From an uncultured Gammaproteobacteria bacterium (GTDB lineage: Bacteria > Pseudomonadota > Gammaproteobacteria > DRLM01): a stretch of DNA of 64,000 nucleotides. Position numbers and translations under genes: made by a program. Where the stretch lies: assembly GCA_963729605.1 (NCBI GenBank), contig CAVSNY010000006.1:441529-505528 (forward strand), read 5' to 3'. A model generated the notes under the pieces. That model was not told the DNA's origin and did no database searches. It saw only the letters and a list, made by a program, of their open reading frames with translations. Within the stretch, counting starts at the first letter, position 1. Every line of letters begins with the position of its first letter. Below, piece by piece: positions 52,960-62,762 of the stretch.

Positions 52960-53170
52960 CGCGTGTTTGGTTAAACGCAAGCGCGTCGCAAGCGTAGCGC
53001 GTTGGTAATACCGATATGGAACTGAGGCTCAGGGCTGCAGCGGCAATAGGCAATAGGCAATAGGCAATAGGCAATAAACGGTGAAGTAACAAGCCACAAA
53101 ATGGGTTAAGCATAACGGCTGCGACCGGCACGCCTGTGGTGACCAAGTTGATGTTAAGCCGAATCGGCCA
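52960..53170 (-). pseudogene. Degraded 3' remnant of a Cu-P1B ATPase
   Basis: GVPVAAVMLNPFCGLLL..IAAAALSLSSIS then (shifted frame) ITNALRLR, matching the end of the intact ATPase at 34194; limits approximate. Confidence 0.7.
53042..53076. repeat. Perfect heptanucleotide repeat (GGCAATA)5
   Basis: Five exact copies counted directly. Confidence 0.95.
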
Positions 53171-53332
53171 ATCGTTCGCGGTCGACGGTGTGGCAAAAAC
53201 CGCTAGTGTTACCCAGCATGATTCAAAGGATTTGGCATTGCAGCTTCTACAGGTGCATTAGTCGAGCCTGGAACACGGGGGTCAATCTGATGGTCTAATT
53301 AAATTCTATCATCAACCAACGAGGAATTGACC

Positions 53333-53665
53333 ATGACACATGAAAAGTACGCTACCTGTATTGAGGCCTGCTATCAATGTGCGGCGGCTTGTGATCATTG
53401 TGCAACATCTTGCCTCAACGAAGACGACGTTAAGATGATGGCGCGCTGCATCGCGCTTGACGTTGACTGTGCCGATATCTGCCGCATGGCGGCAGCCTTC
53501 ATGGCTCGCAACAGTGAATACGCAGCAGCAATCTGCTCGCTTTGCGCAGATATCTGTCAAGCGTGCGGTGACGAGTGTGCGAAGCATGAAGCTAGCCACT
53601 GCCAAGCGTGTGCAAGAGCGTGCCACCGCTGCGCTGAAGAATGCAGAAAAATGGCCACGGCTTGA
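53333..53665 (+). CDS. Cytosolic four-helix-bundle copper storage protein (Csp3/DUF326)
   Basis: 19 Cys in CxxC/CxxxC repeats; no signal peptide; GAGG RBS. Confidence 0.92.
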   Translation: MTHEKYATCIEACYQCAAACDHCATSCLNEDDVKMMARCIALDVDCADICRMAAAFMARNSEYAAAICSLCADICQACGDECAKHEASHCQACARACHRCAEECRKMATA

Positions 53666-54462
53666 TTTAGATCAAGCGGATGCACGGTCATCGGCTGTGC
53701 GCAGTTAATCATTATCGTATTAGCTTGGCTCTGCCTCAGTTCCGATGACCGCGCTCGACCGGGAAGGCCCGCGCTTTAATTATGAACTCTTCACACAAAT
53801 CTTATCGGGTAAAGGAATAACCTTTAGCAATCTTAGTGTCGCCGATCCTCTAGTAAAGGGCTTATGGCTTGTCTGGCTGGCCTTTTGATTTACTTCTGAT
53901 CGCTTGCGATGGCAGGTACGACGTTACAGCAACTGAAGACCATACGGCTTTTGGACACTGCACATTTACCACCACCATGAAAAACTCCATCCTGAACCAT
54001 TCGCCTACCGTGGAAGATCCTGAGCGGTTCAGTGGCCAGATGATCGCTGCAGGCGCGCCCGAGTAAGACACGATGCGCCAGCACTGCTGCGGCGGCCCCG
54101 GCATCAAACTGGAAAACGCTAACCGCATACCACGACAGTATTCCCCAAAAGGTACCGATCTGTCGGGATGGACGCAAGAGCACCCTGATAGAGTCGCTCC
54201 GCGGTTAAATCAGTTGTTCCCATTGTCTAGCCTGCTTCCTTCTTTTGTATGCGTTTGCCTTGCGGAACAAAAGGCACAGACGCATGGGTATGGAAAGAGA
54301 TCGCACGGAGTGCAGCAGAGCCGCCAGCCCTTATAACCATGTAGCATAAACGTTCGGCAGTAGCAGCTATACTCAATGAATTCGGGCCGATTGCCTGTAA
54401 GGAGAAATACATCGGCGATGCGAGCTGTACGAGTCATGCACAATAATTATAGGAGACACTCC

Positions 54463-55347
54463 ATGGAGCTACGCCATCTCAGATGCTTTATTGCCGTGGC
54501 CGAAGAGTTGCATTTCAGCCGAGCCGCCGCACGCTTGCACGTTGAGCAATCCCCCCTTTCACGCACGATCAAGCAGCTAGAATCCAAGTTGGGCGCAATT
54601 CTGTTCGAACGTACATCACGTGGTATGCGCCTGACTTGGGCCGGCCAGGTCTTTTTGGAAGATGCCCGTCGTGTCTTGCTCTCCGTGGAGCACGCCAAAG
54701 CGAATGCCAAGGCCGCTGCCAACGGCTACCGAGGAGCGTTACGCATCGCCCTCTCCGACGGTATCGCCCGAATCCGCCTCAGCTCGCTGCTCGCCCTGTG
54801 CAGAGAAGAAGAACCGGAAGTCGAAATCCGACTATCGGAAATGCCGCTCTCGCAGCAACTCAAGGGCCTGCGCCATGATCTGTACGACGTCGGCTTCACG
54901 CTTGCCAATGAAATCCAGGAAGGGCTGATCGCCGAGCCGGTCTGGCGTGATCCGCTGGTGGTGGCCGTGCCCGCGAGGCATCCCCTGCTGGCACACAAGC
55001 GTGTCCCACTGGACGAGGTATTGAACTACCCGTTGGTGCTTTGCCATCCCGAAGTCTGCGAAGGTTGCAACCAACAACTGGAACGCCTACTGCGCTCGGT
55101 GGATGCCCAGCCCACCGTGGCCGAGCACGTGGCCACGCACGATTTGATGCTGGCACTGGTAGCAGCAGGCTATGGCGTCGGCTTTTCCAGCGCCGCCCAT
55201 ATAGCAGCCTGCAAGACCACGGATGTCGTCGCTCGTCCCCTGGCCGGGCGCTCCTTCATGCTCACCACCTATTTGTTGAGGCCCGACAGCGAACCGTCCG
55301 AGCAATTGAGCAGCTTCATTCGCCGGGCGGGCAAAGTTGTCACATAG
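54463..55347 (+). CDS. LysR regulator, TciR-like (ICE-associated)
   Basis: AGGAG RBS; MELRHLRCF..EELHFSRAA; LRIALSDG, CREEEPEVEIRL, TTYLLRP blocks as recalled for ICE-borne LysRs. Confidence 0.85.
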   Translation: MELRHLRCFIAVAEELHFSRAAARLHVEQSPLSRTIKQLESKLGAILFERTSRGMRLTWAGQVFLEDARRVLLSVEHAKANAKAAANGYRGALRIALSDGIARIRLSSLLALCREEEPEVEIRLSEMPLSQQLKGLRHDLYDVGFTLANEIQEGLIAEPVWRDPLVVAVPARHPLLAHKRVPLDEVLNYPLVLCHPEVCEGCNQQLERLLRSVDAQPTVAEHVATHDLMLALVAAGYGVGFSSAAHIAACKTTDVVARPLAGRSFMLTTYLLRPDSEPSEQLSSFIRRAGKVVT

Positions 55348-56243
55348 CTGCGGGTCGATATCCGGAAAAGAAGCGAAGCTATGCGTCGACCTTGGAGGAC
55401 TTACTACTTAATTGGCCGTTAAATGGATGGACTGTCGATGATGCACCGAAAAATTCCCGCGTCCTTTCTCGGGGCACGCGAATGGCGGCGTTCACGGAAA
55501 TGGGCGCAAGTCTGATTGTGACGCTCAATGGATTGCATTTCTGCGTCATTAATTCGCCAATTGTTATTAACCGAAACGAGTGAGACTGAATGGTTGCCCG
55601 TTGATACCGAAATAGTAGGGTACTGAGCTACAGCACATTCGAGCACGCTCATGTGGCTGGCACAGGCGCGAAGCAGGTTCCCCACCTGACGATGTGATCG
55701 GTGCCACGCAAGAATATTATCGCAGTTAAGAATTCAATGCTTTTTAGGTATCGATCAAGACCGGCTGGGTATGCGTGCATCACGCTCTTCGCTATCAGAC
55801 TGCAATCAGCATGATGGCACAGGCAATGTAGGTTAATGCAAGCAGGTCAGTATGGAATGCACGCCAAGCAGTAATCCCCACCGAGGACCGAAGTCATTAA
55901 TGAGCAGGTCAGCCGTGAGACCTTCCAAGTCTGAATCCCATGAGCGGCACAATGACATCTCATCAAGACCCGTTTGATCTTTACGATATCGTTACAAGTA
56001 AGAACACTCCAAAGTCCGCGAACCTAACCAATACCAACAGGGGCGGAAGCACTTGGCTACGGTGAGACCAGGACTGTCTGCAACGGCACGAATCGAAGAA
56101 GTCGAGGATACAGTGTCCTGACATATCCTCATAGAGACTAGCCACCCCACCAGTCCTACCCTTGCCGGATCGCGCCCAGGCAGCGATAGCGGCATGACGA
56201 CATCCGTCCAAGTGAAACCTGGAAGCACTGTCGGAGGAGACGG

Positions 56244-57011
56244 ATGGCTGGCACAGAAACGCGCAAGACAGGCGCCCTTCACCATTCCAAGGTGTTTTAT
56301 CGTCCTATCGAGGCCGCCATCCGCTGGAGCAGGCTGACCCGCTTTGAACCCCGCATTCTCGACACATTGGGCGCCAGGCCAATACCTGATCCAGGCGACT
56401 TTCCGAGATGGCCGATGCTTCGCCTCAACACCGAACGCATATTCGACGCGATCAGGAATGGTGACCTCCCGTATGGCAAAGCCGGCATTACCTGCGACGA
56501 TCCCTCGCTGATCGATGATCCAGATCTCACCATTCGGCACGTCGATCTCAAGACATGGATGTCGCGCTTCTATCCCGACCAGAGACCTGCCTTTCTTTTC
56601 GACGCGATAGAGCGCCGGCTCCACCCGGCGGTCAGCATCGAAACCGTCCAAACGCTGCTTGCCGAACAGGAAGCGCTCAGGATTCGCCTCGCGGACCGCG
56701 AACAATCCTTCAGCACGCTGCATGAGCAACATGAGCTGCTGTGCCGGCAGGCCGAGAGCTGGGACTCGGCAGGTCGCGAAGTCACACCCCGGAGCGAAAC
56801 GACCTATCTCAATATCGTTGGCGGGCTGCTGACCTTGCTGCTCGGCAAGTCGCCGGGCGGGAGGCCGTACTCGTCGTTCGAGACGATGGATTCCGTCATC
56901 AGCGCATTGCTTGCCCACTACGAAGGCCGGCCCGGAATCAGCGAGCGCACTCTATGGGCAAAATTCTCTGCGGCAAGGCGGCATCTGGACGCCAGCCATC
57001 GCCGAAGGTAG
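56244..57011 (+). CDS. ICEclc-family conserved protein, BisR-like activator
   Basis: FYRPIEAAIRW; LPYGKAGIT; RHVDLKTWM; SETTYLNIVGGLL; GISERTLWAKF; family recalled as lying just upstream of alpA. Confidence 0.7.
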   Translation: MAGTETRKTGALHHSKVFYRPIEAAIRWSRLTRFEPRILDTLGARPIPDPGDFPRWPMLRLNTERIFDAIRNGDLPYGKAGITCDDPSLIDDPDLTIRHVDLKTWMSRFYPDQRPAFLFDAIERRLHPAVSIETVQTLLAEQEALRIRLADREQSFSTLHEQHELLCRQAESWDSAGREVTPRSETTYLNIVGGLLTLLLGKSPGGRPYSSFETMDSVISALLAHYEGRPGISERTLWAKFSAARRHLDASHRRR

Positions 57012-57023
57012 TTGTAGTCGAAC
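56935..57023 (+). repeat. Direct repeat, copy 1 (3' end of bisR-like gene)
   Basis: GAATCAGCGAGCGCACTCTATGGGCAAAATTCTCTGCGGCAAGGCGGCATCTGGACGCCAGCCATCGCCGA..GTCGAAC. Confidence 0.93.
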
Positions 57024-57119
57024 CGCCCTCGGACGGCAGCTCGTCAAGGAGCAAAGGCGAGATGTCGTGGTGTCACAGAGCCTGTGCCTGCGAGGCTCTA
57101 CTCTTGGCCCCCTCTGGGG

Positions 57120-57632
57120 TCAACTGGCGTGTCGACCACCAGTGCGCGTCGGGCGCACGTCGTTTAGCACATCCCCTGCAGCAACCAACAGTTCGGCCTG
57201 CGGATTGGGATTCCGAAGGTCGGCGTCGTGGCAATCGCCATCTGACAACCCCTGCAAGATGCCGCACGCCTCTACCGACCGAGTGCCTGAACACGTCTCG
57301 CGCAATGCGAGCAAATGCCGTTTCAACTGCAACAGCGTCTCCACGCGGACTTCCACCTGCTGGATATGAGCGTCCAGCAGCGTATTGACCTCGCCGCAAT
57401 CCCGAGTCGGGCTATCTCGCAGGCCCAATAGCGTCCGGATCTCGCTCAGCGACATGTCGAGAGAACGGCAGTGGCGGATGAAACGCAAGCGCTCGACGTG
57501 TGGGGCGCCGTACAACCGGAAGTTGCCGTCGCTGCGCGCGGGCTCTGGCAACAACCCTTCCTTCTCGTAGTAGCGGATGGTCACGACCTCGCATCCTGTC
57601 CGCTTCGCAAGCTCTCCAATCTTGATTTCCAT
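57120..57632 (-). CDS. cadR: Cd(II)/Pb(II)-responsive MerR-family regulator
   Basis: KIGELA..TIRYYEKEGLL; RHCRSLDMSL; C..VN, C and CGIL cysteines. Confidence 0.92.
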   Translation of the reverse strand: MEIKIGELAKRTGCEVVTIRYYEKEGLLPEPARSDGNFRLYGAPHVERLRFIRHCRSLDMSLSEIRTLLGLRDSPTRDCGEVNTLLDAHIQQVEVRVETLLQLKRHLLALRETCSGTRSVEACGILQGLSDGDCHDADLRNPNPQAELLVAAGDVLNDVRPTRTGGRHAS

Positions 57633-57654
57633 AGTTCATCTACCCATCTATCGC

Positions 57655-57685
57655 TTGACTCTATAGTAACTATAGGGATTCTAAT
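57655..57685 (+). promoter_or_regulatory. MerR-type promoter/operator for cadA
   Basis: -35 TTGACT, 19-bp spacer containing dyad CTATAGT-A-ACTATAG, -10 TCTAAT. Confidence 0.9.
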
Positions 57686-57725
57686 GGGCAACAACTATAG
57701 ATGACCCATTTGACGGAACTTATCC

Positions 57726-60132
57726 ATGAGCGAATACAGCCCAAAAGGGTGTGACTGTGCGGCCACACCGATCCTTCCAGCCGCAACGCAAGCCCGACCT
57801 ATCGCCGAGTCGGCCGAGGCTGTCTACCGCATCGAGAACATGGATTGCCCGACTGAAGAGGCACTGATCCGAAGCAAACTAAGCGGCCTATCGGGTGTGA
57901 TCGGACTCGACTTCAATCTGATGCAGCGTACCTTGGCGGTGCGACATGAACTGCCTTCGCTGTTGCCGGTTGAACAAGCCCTGATGGCGATCGGCATGCA
58001 GGCTGTACGCATGGATGCAGCCGTGGCCGGGCAGACCACCAGATTATCCATTGCCAAGATGGATTGCCCGACCGAAGAAACGCTGATCCGTAACAAGCTG
58101 GCAACCGTGGCCGGCGTCTCCGATCTCGACTTCAATCTGGTGCAACGCACCCTGTCCGTGCGTCATGCCGACCACGCGCTGCCGAATGTGCTCGCCGCAC
58201 TGCAAGCGCTTGGATTCGAGGCACAGGTGCTTGAGGCAGCGGACACCACTACATCGGCTGCCCCGGCGACAGCACCTACCAAGTGGTGGCCGCTTGCCGT
58301 CTCCCTAGTGGCGGCATCGGCAGCGGAGGTCGTCTACTGGCTTCATGACGGCAACCACTGGTCAGTCATCGCTCTGGCGCTCGTCGCCATTTTCACGGGA
58401 GGTCTCTCCACCTACAAGAAGGGCTGGATTGCGCTCAAGAACCTCAATCTCAACATGAACGCCCTGATGTCGATTGCCGTCACGGGCGCAATGCTGATCG
58501 GTCACTGGCCGGAAGCGGCGATGGTGATGGCGCTTTTCACGCTGGCCGAGGTGATCGAAGCCAGATCGCTGGATCGCGCCCGTAACGCCATACGCGGGCT
58601 ACTCGACCTGGCCCCGGAAAAGGCCACCGTGCGACAACCCGACGACACATGGCGCGATGTGGACGCCAAGCAGGTCGCCATTGGCGCCCGTGTTCGAGTC
58701 AAACCGGGAGAACGGATCGCCCTCGATGGCGAAATACTGGTAGGACATTCCACGGTCAATCAGGCGCCGATCACCGGCGAAAGCCTGCCGGTTGAAAAGA
58801 CGCTTGGCGATCCGGTGTTCGCCGGCACGATCAACGAATCCGGTTCGTTCGAGTACCGCGTCACAGCCGTGGCCACCAACTCTACGCTGGCCCGCATCAT
58901 CCATGCCGTAGAGGCCGCCCAAGGCAGCCGTGCGCCGACCCAGCGCTTTGTGGATCAGTTTGCCCGCTGGTACACACCCATCGTATTCGTCGTAGCCATC
59001 ATCGTCGCATTGGTGCCGCCACTGTTCATGGGCGCCGCGTGGCTGGACTGGATTTACCGCGCGCTGGTTCTGCTGGTCGTTGCCTGTCCGTGCGCTCTTG
59101 TGATTTCCACGCCTGTCACCATCGTCAGCGGCCTGGCCGCAGCCGCACGCCGCGGCATTCTGATCAAGGGTGGCGTCTATCTGGAAGAGGGCCGCAAGCT
59201 GCGCTGGCTGGCGCTGGACAAGACCGGCACGATCACGCATGGCAAGCCCGCGCAATCCGATTTCGTGGCATGGGGCAGTGCGCAGCCTGCCGGCAGCCGC
59301 AGCATTGCCGCGAGTCTGGCGGCTCGCTCGGACCATCCCGTATCCAAGGCTGTGGCGCAAGCCGCCAAGGCCGATGGGGTCGCCTTGCTCGAAGTTGCCG
59401 ATTTCACCGCCTTGCCCGGCAGGGGGGTGAGTGGCCGCATCGACGGCGAGACCTATCACCTCGGCAACCATCGGATGCTCGAAGAGCTGGGGCACTGCAC
59501 GCCGGAACTGGAAGCAGCGCATCTCCGCGCTGGAAATCGAGGGCAAGACCGTGGTGATGCTGGTATGTACAAGTGGCGCGCAAGCTCTTATCGCGGTAGC
59601 CGACACCGTCAAGGACAGCAGCACGAGCGCCATCGCGGATCTGCATGCCCTGGGCATCAAAACCATGATGCTGACCGGCGACAACCCACATACGGCACAG
59701 GCCATTGCCAGGCAAGTCGGTATCGACGACGCGCGCAGGGCAACCTGTTGCCAGACGACAAACTGCGCGAGATCGAACGCACTGGCGCGGACCGGGAAGG
59801 TCGGCATGGTGGGCGACGGCATCAACGATGCGCCCGCCTTGGCGCGCGCCGACATCGGCTTCGCGATGGGCGCCGCCGGTACCGACACGGCCATCGAGAC
59901 GGCCGACGTAGCGCTGATGGACGACGACCTGCGCAAGATTCCGACGTTCATTCGCCTGTCACGCGCAACCGCGCGCGTGCTGACGCAGAACATCGTGCTG
60001 GCGCTTGGCATCAAGGCGGTCTTCCTCGCGCTGACCTTCGCGGGACACGCCACGATGTGGATGGCGGTGTTCGCCGACATGGGCGCGAGCCTGATGGTGG
60101 TGTTCAACGGATTGCGTTTGCTGCGCCACTGA
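57726..60132 (+). CDS. cadA: Zn/Cd/Pb P1B-type ATPase with three apparent frameshifts (~59515, ~59735, ~59780)
   Basis: Two MDCPTEE domains, CPCAL and DKTGT in frame A; [17 protein letters not shown] and VFADMG in frame B; GNLLPDDK back in frame A. Confidence 0.88.
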
Positions 60133-60151
60133 TTCGCCAGGAGAGAAAAGA

Positions 60152-60767
60152 ATGTCAGATCAACACTATTGGGAAAGTAAAGCGCGCATCTACGATCGAA
60201 TCACCGCCCCGTTGGCGCGTCCTATGAAAAGCGCCGCTCTCCTTGCGGCGGATGCCGTTCGCGGCGAGAACCGGGTTCTTGAGGTTGCCGCCGGCACCGG
60301 CTTGTTCACCACTGCTATCGCAGGTGCGGCACGCGAAGTCGTTGCCACGGATTACGCCACCGCAATGGTGGCCATACTGGCGAAACGAGTACAGGAAGCA
60401 GGGTTCCAGAACGTCCGTTGCGAGCAAGCCGACATCAAAGCACTGCACTTTGATCGTGCCTCATTCGACTGTGTTGTCGCTGCGAACGTGCTGCACCTCA
60501 TGCCTGACCTTGCCGCAACGCTTGCGGCGCTGAGACAGGTGCTACGACCAGACGGAAAACTCGTTGTGCCAACGTTCTGTCACGACGAAACCAGATTGGC
60601 TGCCGTCCTGTCGAGATTACTTTCACTTACGGGCTTTCCCATCAAGCATCGCTTCTCCACCCGCTCGCTGTGCAAGGCACTAGAAGCTGCCGGCGTGCGT
60701 GTCACGCGCTTCAAGACCTTACCGGGCCTTATTCCGGTTTGGCTACGTCGAGGGTGTATTCGACTGA
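60152..60767 (+). CDS. Class I SAM-dependent methyltransferase (probable +1 indel near 60740)
   Basis: VLEVAAGTG; FDCVVAANVLH; LRPDG; plausible end GYVEGVFD* at 60767 in a shifted frame; the track ORF reads on to 60925. Confidence 0.78.
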
Positions 60768-60818
60768 GACTCAACCCCCTCATCAACGTGCTGCTCGTGC
60801 ATTGCGAGAGTCACCCAA

Positions 60819-60906
60819 GAATCAGCGAGCGACTCTATGGGCAAAATTCTCTGTGGCAAGGCGGCATCTGGACGCCAGCGATCGCCGACTGCAATTGCAG
60901 TCGAAC
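60819..60906 (+). repeat. Direct repeat, copy 2 (bisR-like 3' end upstream of alpA)
   Basis: Near-identical to 56935-57023 (one deletion and two substitutions in the first ~70 nt). Confidence 0.93.
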
Positions 60907-60999
60907 TGTTCTGCAGTTGCAGTGAATTCGTCACCGATGCGCTATTGAATACGAGGCACTTTCCGAACAGCGCCAATGAGCGTCAAGGAGTGTCTCACC

Positions 61000-61218
61000 A
61001 TGTCTTCGCAGACCACCGCCCCGGCGACGCCGGTTGAACGTCGCATCCTGCGCCGCGCCGAAGTCGAAGCCAAGACCGGCTTCAAGCGCGCACACATCTA
61101 CAGCCTGATGAAAGAAGGCAGGTTCCCGAAGGCACTGCGTTTGGGCGTGCGCGCAGTGGGCTGGGACTCGACCGAGATCGACCAGTGGATCGCTGATCGC
61201 CTCAAAGAACGCGCCTGA
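61000..61218 (+). CDS. alpA: AlpA-family transcriptional regulator
   Basis: AAGGAG RBS; RILRRAEVEAKTG..RAHIY..GRFPK..LGVRAVGW. Confidence 0.93.
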   Translation: MSSQTTAPATPVERRILRRAEVEAKTGFKRAHIYSLMKEGRFPKALRLGVRAVGWDSTEIDQWIADRLKERA

Positions 61219-61262
61219 CGCTTCTCCTTTTCCGGTTCATCCCATTCCGTGAGGAGAAGCCC

Positions 61263-62113
61263 ATGCAGGTGGTATCCATCATTTCGACCAAGGGCGGCGT
61301 GGGCAAGACAACCACGGCGGCCAACCTGGGCGGCTTCGCGGCCGACGCAGGGTTGCGTGTGCTGCTGCTGGACCTGGACGTGCAACCCACTTTGTCGAGC
61401 TATTTCGAGCTGCAAGCGCGTGCCCCCGCCGGCATCTACGAGTTGCTGGCCTTCAACGAGCAGGACATCGGCCGGCTGGTGTCGCGTACCGCGATCGCTG
61501 GCCTGGACCTGGTGCTCTCCAACGACGACAAGGGGCAGTTGAACACCCTGTTGCTGCACGCGCCCGACGGGCGGCTTCGGCTGCGCAATCTGTTGCCCGC
61601 ATTCCACGAACACTACGACCTGATACTGATCGACACGCAGGGCGCGCGCAGCGTCCTGCTTGAGATGGCCGTGCTGGCTTCCGATCTGGCGGTGTCGCCG
61701 GTCACGCCGGAGATCCTCGCCGCCCGCGAGTTCCGGCGCGGCACCCTGCAACTGATGCGGGACATCGCCCATACCGACGTCTCGGCATCACGACCCCACC
61801 GCTGCGCCTGCTCATCAATCGCGTGCATCCGGTGTCCAGCAACGCGCGCTTCATACAGCAGGCGCTACGCGACCTGTTCCAGTCCGAGCCCGGCATCGCC
61901 GTACTCGATACCAACATCCCGGCCATCGAAGCCTATCCGCGCGCATCGACCCAGGCCCTGCCGGTGCATCGAGTGGAACACCGGCGGCCAACAGGACGGA
62001 CGACGCCGGCCGCTTTCGACACGATGCGCGCACTCGCCTGCGAACTGTTGCCGCGCTGGGAACCCTCGTTCACTCGGTTGAAAGCGAGAGTACTCCGGAG
62101 GGACAACACATGA
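61263..62113 (+). CDS. parA: ParA/Soj ATPase of ICE type (apparent frameshift ~61770)
   Basis: STKGGVGKTT; LDLDVQPTLS; LIDTQG; continues as YRRLGI..LLINRVHP..IPAIEAYPRA in a second frame. Confidence 0.88.
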
Positions 62114-62325
62114 CTACCAAGCGCTCCCTCCATCGTCTAAACAAGCGGTTGAAGCCGCTCATCGACTTCGCACTGAAGGAAGGCTGGGAGATCGTTCACA
62201 CGCCGGGCGGACATCTAAAATTCACCAAGCCGGGCCTGCCTCCGATCTACACCGGCTCGACGCCCGGCGATCGCCGCGCCGGCCTCAACGCGCGCGCTCG
62301 ACTGCGCCGCACCGATCGCGCCACC
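62110..62325 (+). CDS. Small HicA-fold/Shi-like ICE protein; native stop lost at the junction
   Basis: FALKEGWEIVHTPGGHLKFTKPG..STPGDRRA..NARARLRR; ATGA overlap with parA. Confidence 0.65.
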
Positions 62326-62693
62326 AGTTGGACACCGATCGAGCTGCTGAAGCACCTCGTCTACATGGAGCGCCGCTGGCTGGTCTGGGGCTTCCTCGCC
62401 GAGCCGGTGCCCGACCCATCGGCGCCGCCGACGACCGTTGGGTGGTGGCCGAGCACGAGACGGTCGACGAGCTCGTCGGGGCGATGCTCGCCGGCGGTGA
62501 GCGCACCCGGTCGATCGTCGCGGCCGCAGACCTCGCCGATGTCACGCCCTTCGGCGGACGGTTCGCACCGGGCGACGAGGAGCCACCCCCGACCCTCGGC
62601 TGGATCCTGCACCACGTCCTGCAGGAGTACTCCCGCCACGCCGGTCGCCTCGACATCGCCCGCGAGCTCGCCGACGGCACGACGGGGGAGTAG
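62326..62693 (+). pseudogene. 5'-truncated DinB/DUF664-family gene, actinobacterial-like, frameshifted
   Basis: WTPIELLKHLVYMERRW..GF then (other frame) TLGWILHHVLQEYSRHAGRLDIARELADGTTGE. Confidence 0.75.
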
Positions 62694-62762
62694 CCCGGAC
62701 CGCGGCGATGGCCAGACCGGAGGGCCTGGCCATCGTCTGGTGGTCGGGACCGGCGTCGATCG

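Larger units (their letters stand above)
25680..62325. mobile_element. Metal-resistance genomic island with ICEclc/PAGI-2-like core genes (partial; no integrase in window)
   Basis: Drop in GC and codon bias at the trpG 5' end; trpE missing upstream of trpG; dense metal-resistance cargo and gene relics; LysR, bisR-like, alpA, parA, shi-like in ICE order. Confidence 0.78.

Noticed and set aside
53860-54340. Two same-frame ORFs split by a stop
   Set aside because: No recognisable family; probably relic or non-coding DNA
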